Source of the DNA: Octopus sinensis | Taxonomy: Eukaryota | Length of the DNA: 22,511 nucleotides | NCBI RefSeq assembly: GCF_006345805.1 | Contig: NW_021836985.1 | Coordinates: forward strand, 1 to 22,511 | Direction: 5' to 3' | Shown: in pieces, positions 20,251 through 22,511 of the stretch | Numbering within the stretch: the stretch's first letter is position 1 | Layout of the letters: the number at the start of each line of letters is the position of its first letter | Position numbers and translations under genes: made by a program | Notes under the pieces: generated by a model | Databases searched by the model: none | The model's input: only the letters and a program-made list of their open reading frames with translations | Told to the model about the DNA's origin: nothing

Positions 20251-20479
20251 ATAGAAATATTAAAATTACTAAGTCTCTCTAAAAGAGAACAACGGCAGCG
20301 TTCCCGGAAAATATTAGTTATCGCCATACTAATATGGCATTCTTATAAAAATAAGAATAAAGCTGACCGCTTATTAGCTCCATGAGGCCATCGCCTTAAG
20401 TTAGCTATTTGATACACAAACTGTATCCATATAACCTTTGAACAAGGGAGGTCAGTCGCTCCACACTACTTGGCCGGCA

Positions 20480-20520
20480 GCTACAGACGCGTTTCGGGGT
20501 ATTGCCCTTCTCAATGCAGC
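20480..20520 (-). ncRNA. Type-I minimal hammerhead ribozyme with U3-A8 variant core (copy 1)
   Basis: GCTGCA-TTGAGAA-GGG-CAATAC-CCC-GAA-ACGCGT-C/TGTAGC: 6-bp stem I, 7-nt core, stem II, GAA, palindromic stem III and a GUC triplet. Predicted cut between 20486 and 20485. Confidence 0.75.
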
Positions 20521-20839
20521 GTAGCCAAACCAGTAGGTGTCGCTTCCGACAATCTCTGTTCAAAGGTTTTATTTACCTAGCTTCGTGGAATACATCCATT
20601 GTTTTCAATAATAGAAATATTAAAATTACTAAGTCTCTCTAAAAGAGAACAACGGCAGCGTTCCCGGAAAATATTAGTTATCGCCATACTAATATGGCAT
20701 TCTTATAAAAATAAAAATAAAGCTGACCGCTTATTAGCTCCATGAGGCCATCGCCTTAAGTTAGCTATTTGATACACAAACTGTATCCATATAACCTTTG
20801 AACAAGGGAGGTCAGTCGCTTCACACTACTTGGCCGGCA

Positions 20840-20881
20840 GCTACAGACGCGTTTCGGGGTATTGCCCCTTCTCAATGCAGC
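20840..20881 (-). ncRNA. Type-I minimal hammerhead ribozyme with U3-A8 variant core (copy 2)
   Basis: GCTGCA-TTGAGAA-GGGG-CAATA-CCCC-GAA-ACGCGT-C/TGTAGC with a 4-bp stem II. Predicted cut between 20846 and 20845. Confidence 0.78.
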
Positions 20882-20987
20882 GTAGCCAAACAGTAGGTGT
20901 CGCTTCCGACAATCTCTGTTCAAAGGTTTTATTACCTAGCTTCGGTGGAATACATCCACTTGTTTTCAATAATAGAAATATTAAAAT

Positions 20988-20999
20988 ATATTATATATA

Positions 21000-21045
<46 letters not shown>

Positions 21046-21059
21046 TATTATATATATAA

Positions 21060-21108
<49 letters not shown>

Positions 21109-21138
21109 TATATAAATATATATATATAATATATAAAT

Positions 21139-21212
<74 letters not shown>

Positions 21213-21220
21213 ATATATAT

Positions 21221-21255
<35 letters not shown>

Positions 21256-21301
21256 TATATATAATATATATATATTAATATTATATATATAAAATATATC
21301 T

Positions 21302-21350
<49 letters not shown>

Positions 21351-21358
21351 TATAGATA

Positions 21359-21396
<38 letters not shown>

Positions 21397-21468
21397 ATAT
21401 ATTATTATATATATAAATATATAATATATATATATACTATATAATATAAATATATATATATATTTATA

Positions 21469-21534
<66 letters not shown>

Positions 21535-21695
21535 CGTCGTATTTTACGTTCGCTATTCCAGTAAATATCGGTACTTTGTTGTGCCATTTATTTACTAATT
21601 TGTGTATATATAAATATATATATATATATATAATATTATATATATATTATATATATATATACAACAATTGCAGCGTGGAAGGTGTTTATATATAT

Positions 21696-21743
<48 letters not shown>

Positions 21744-21758
21744 ATATATAGATATATA

Positions 21759-21806
<48 letters not shown>
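20988..21806. repeat. Long imperfect (TA)n tracts with two short non-repetitive islands (~21535-21603, ~21661-21686)
   Basis: Directly visible. Confidence 0.95.
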
Positions 21807-21807
<1 letters not shown>

Positions 21808-22003
21808 GTTACATTACTCGGTAGTCAAGATAAAACTCTGAGTTCAGATGCCGAAGTGGAAAATCCACAACACCATCTCTTCGGTTATCTGGCTATTTGA
21901 AAACGTTTTCAAATAGCCAGATAACCGAAGAGATGGTGTTGTGGATTTCCACTTCGGCATCTGAAACTCAGAGTTTTATCTTGACTACCGTAATAATGTA
22001 ACA
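21807..22003. repeat. 197-bp near-perfect spacerless palindrome centred at 21904/21905
   Basis: Arms of 98 and 99 bp around TTTGAAAAC|GTTTTCAAA. They differ only by two homopolymer indels and a small change near the tips. Confidence 0.95.
21919..21981 (+). ncRNA. Putative variant type-I hammerhead ribozyme (U4C core, extra U before G12); mirror copy at 21828-21890 on the - strand
   Basis: AGATAA-CCGAAGA-GATG-[22 nt including a GTGG/CCAC hairpin]-CATC-T-GAA-ACTC-A-GAGT-T/TTATCT: 6-bp stem I, quasi-palindromic stem III and a GUU triplet. Confidence 0.5.
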
Positions 22004-22194
22004 TATTGTATAGATAAAATTTCCTCTATTTACATAATATTGAGGTCTCTTTCTTTCTTTTGTTATCTTACCGTTTTATCAATATATATATATATATATA
22101 TATATATATTTCACGGCAGGAGGGGCAGATGAGGGCAGCTGCATCGAACTCTCTCATGCACCAAATAGCAGTTGCTAGAAAGCCTCCATGAAGT

Positions 22195-22270
22195 GAAACC
22201 AAATAGCAACACCAAATGGCGGTGCCCCAGCATGGCTTATATATAAGCGGCCAAAGATAACAAAAGTAAT
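22195..22270 (+). mobile_element. SINE-like 3' tail fragment
   Basis: GGCGGTGCCCCAGCATGGC (22218-22236) matches the 3' motif of the SINEs at 726-954 and 5392-5781. An A-rich tail follows. Confidence 0.4.
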
Positions 22271-22309
22271 AAACGAAGATAATAAAATTAAAATTAGGGA
22301 ATGGGTCTG

Positions 22310-22511
22310 TATTTGTATGTGTATATATATGTGTGTATGTGTAGGTATGCATAGGTACACATATGTTATATATATATTATATATATATATACATGTATGT
22401 ATATGTATGTATTGTGTGTGTATATGTGCGTGTATGTGTATATATGTGTATATAGGGACTAGTGTGCTGTGTGTGCATGTGTGTGTGGATATGTGTGTGT
22501 ATGCGTGTATG
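22310..22511. repeat. Mixed (GT)/(AT)/(GTAT) simple repeat
   Basis: Directly visible. Confidence 0.9.

Larger units (their letters stand above)
20248..20987 (-). mobile_element. Head-to-tail tandem of a 360/361-bp unit (2 copies plus 19 bp), PLE pLTR/retrozyme-like, one hammerhead per unit
   Basis: Units at 20248-20607 and 20608-20968, with a partial third at 20969-20987. They differ by about 2 substitutions and a few 1-nt indels, are non-coding, and are flanked by (TA)n on both sides. Confidence 0.85.

Overview
Repeat-saturated, AT-rich eukaryotic DNA with no intact protein-coding gene I can support. The SINE and LINE families look like those of a coleoid cephalopod (Octopus); this is my inference, not a database result. 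Nearly all listed ORFs are microsatellite artefacts or pieces of decayed transposons. Transposon content: RTE LINE fragments (1-653; ~18590-19300); a CR1/L2-type LINE (ORF1 2898-3753, APE endonuclease from ~3803, RT resuming at 6284) whose own RT core is absent and whose gap holds a Penelope-like (PLE) RT fragment plus a SINE; tRNA-derived SINEs; two internally deleted Tc1/mariner (DD37D/maT-like) elements; a 938-bp long-TIR element with a perfect 8-bp TSD; probable L1/Tx1 remnants. The most interesting signal is a set of minimal type-I hammerhead ribozyme (HHR) folds from four unrelated sequence families. (i) Two copies with a compensatory U3-A8 core in a 360-bp tandem, pLTR-like repeat (20480-20520, 20840-20881). 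(ii) A U4C variant in the arms of a 197-bp spacerless palindrome (21807-22003). (iii) A canonical-core HHR inside a tRNA-headed SINE-like element (11572-11617). (iv) A decayed copy (13987-14025). A second notable point is the LINE ORF1, which appears to combine a Myb/SANT-like (trihelix) domain with a CCCH zinc finger. All folds and alignments were done by eye and none were computed.
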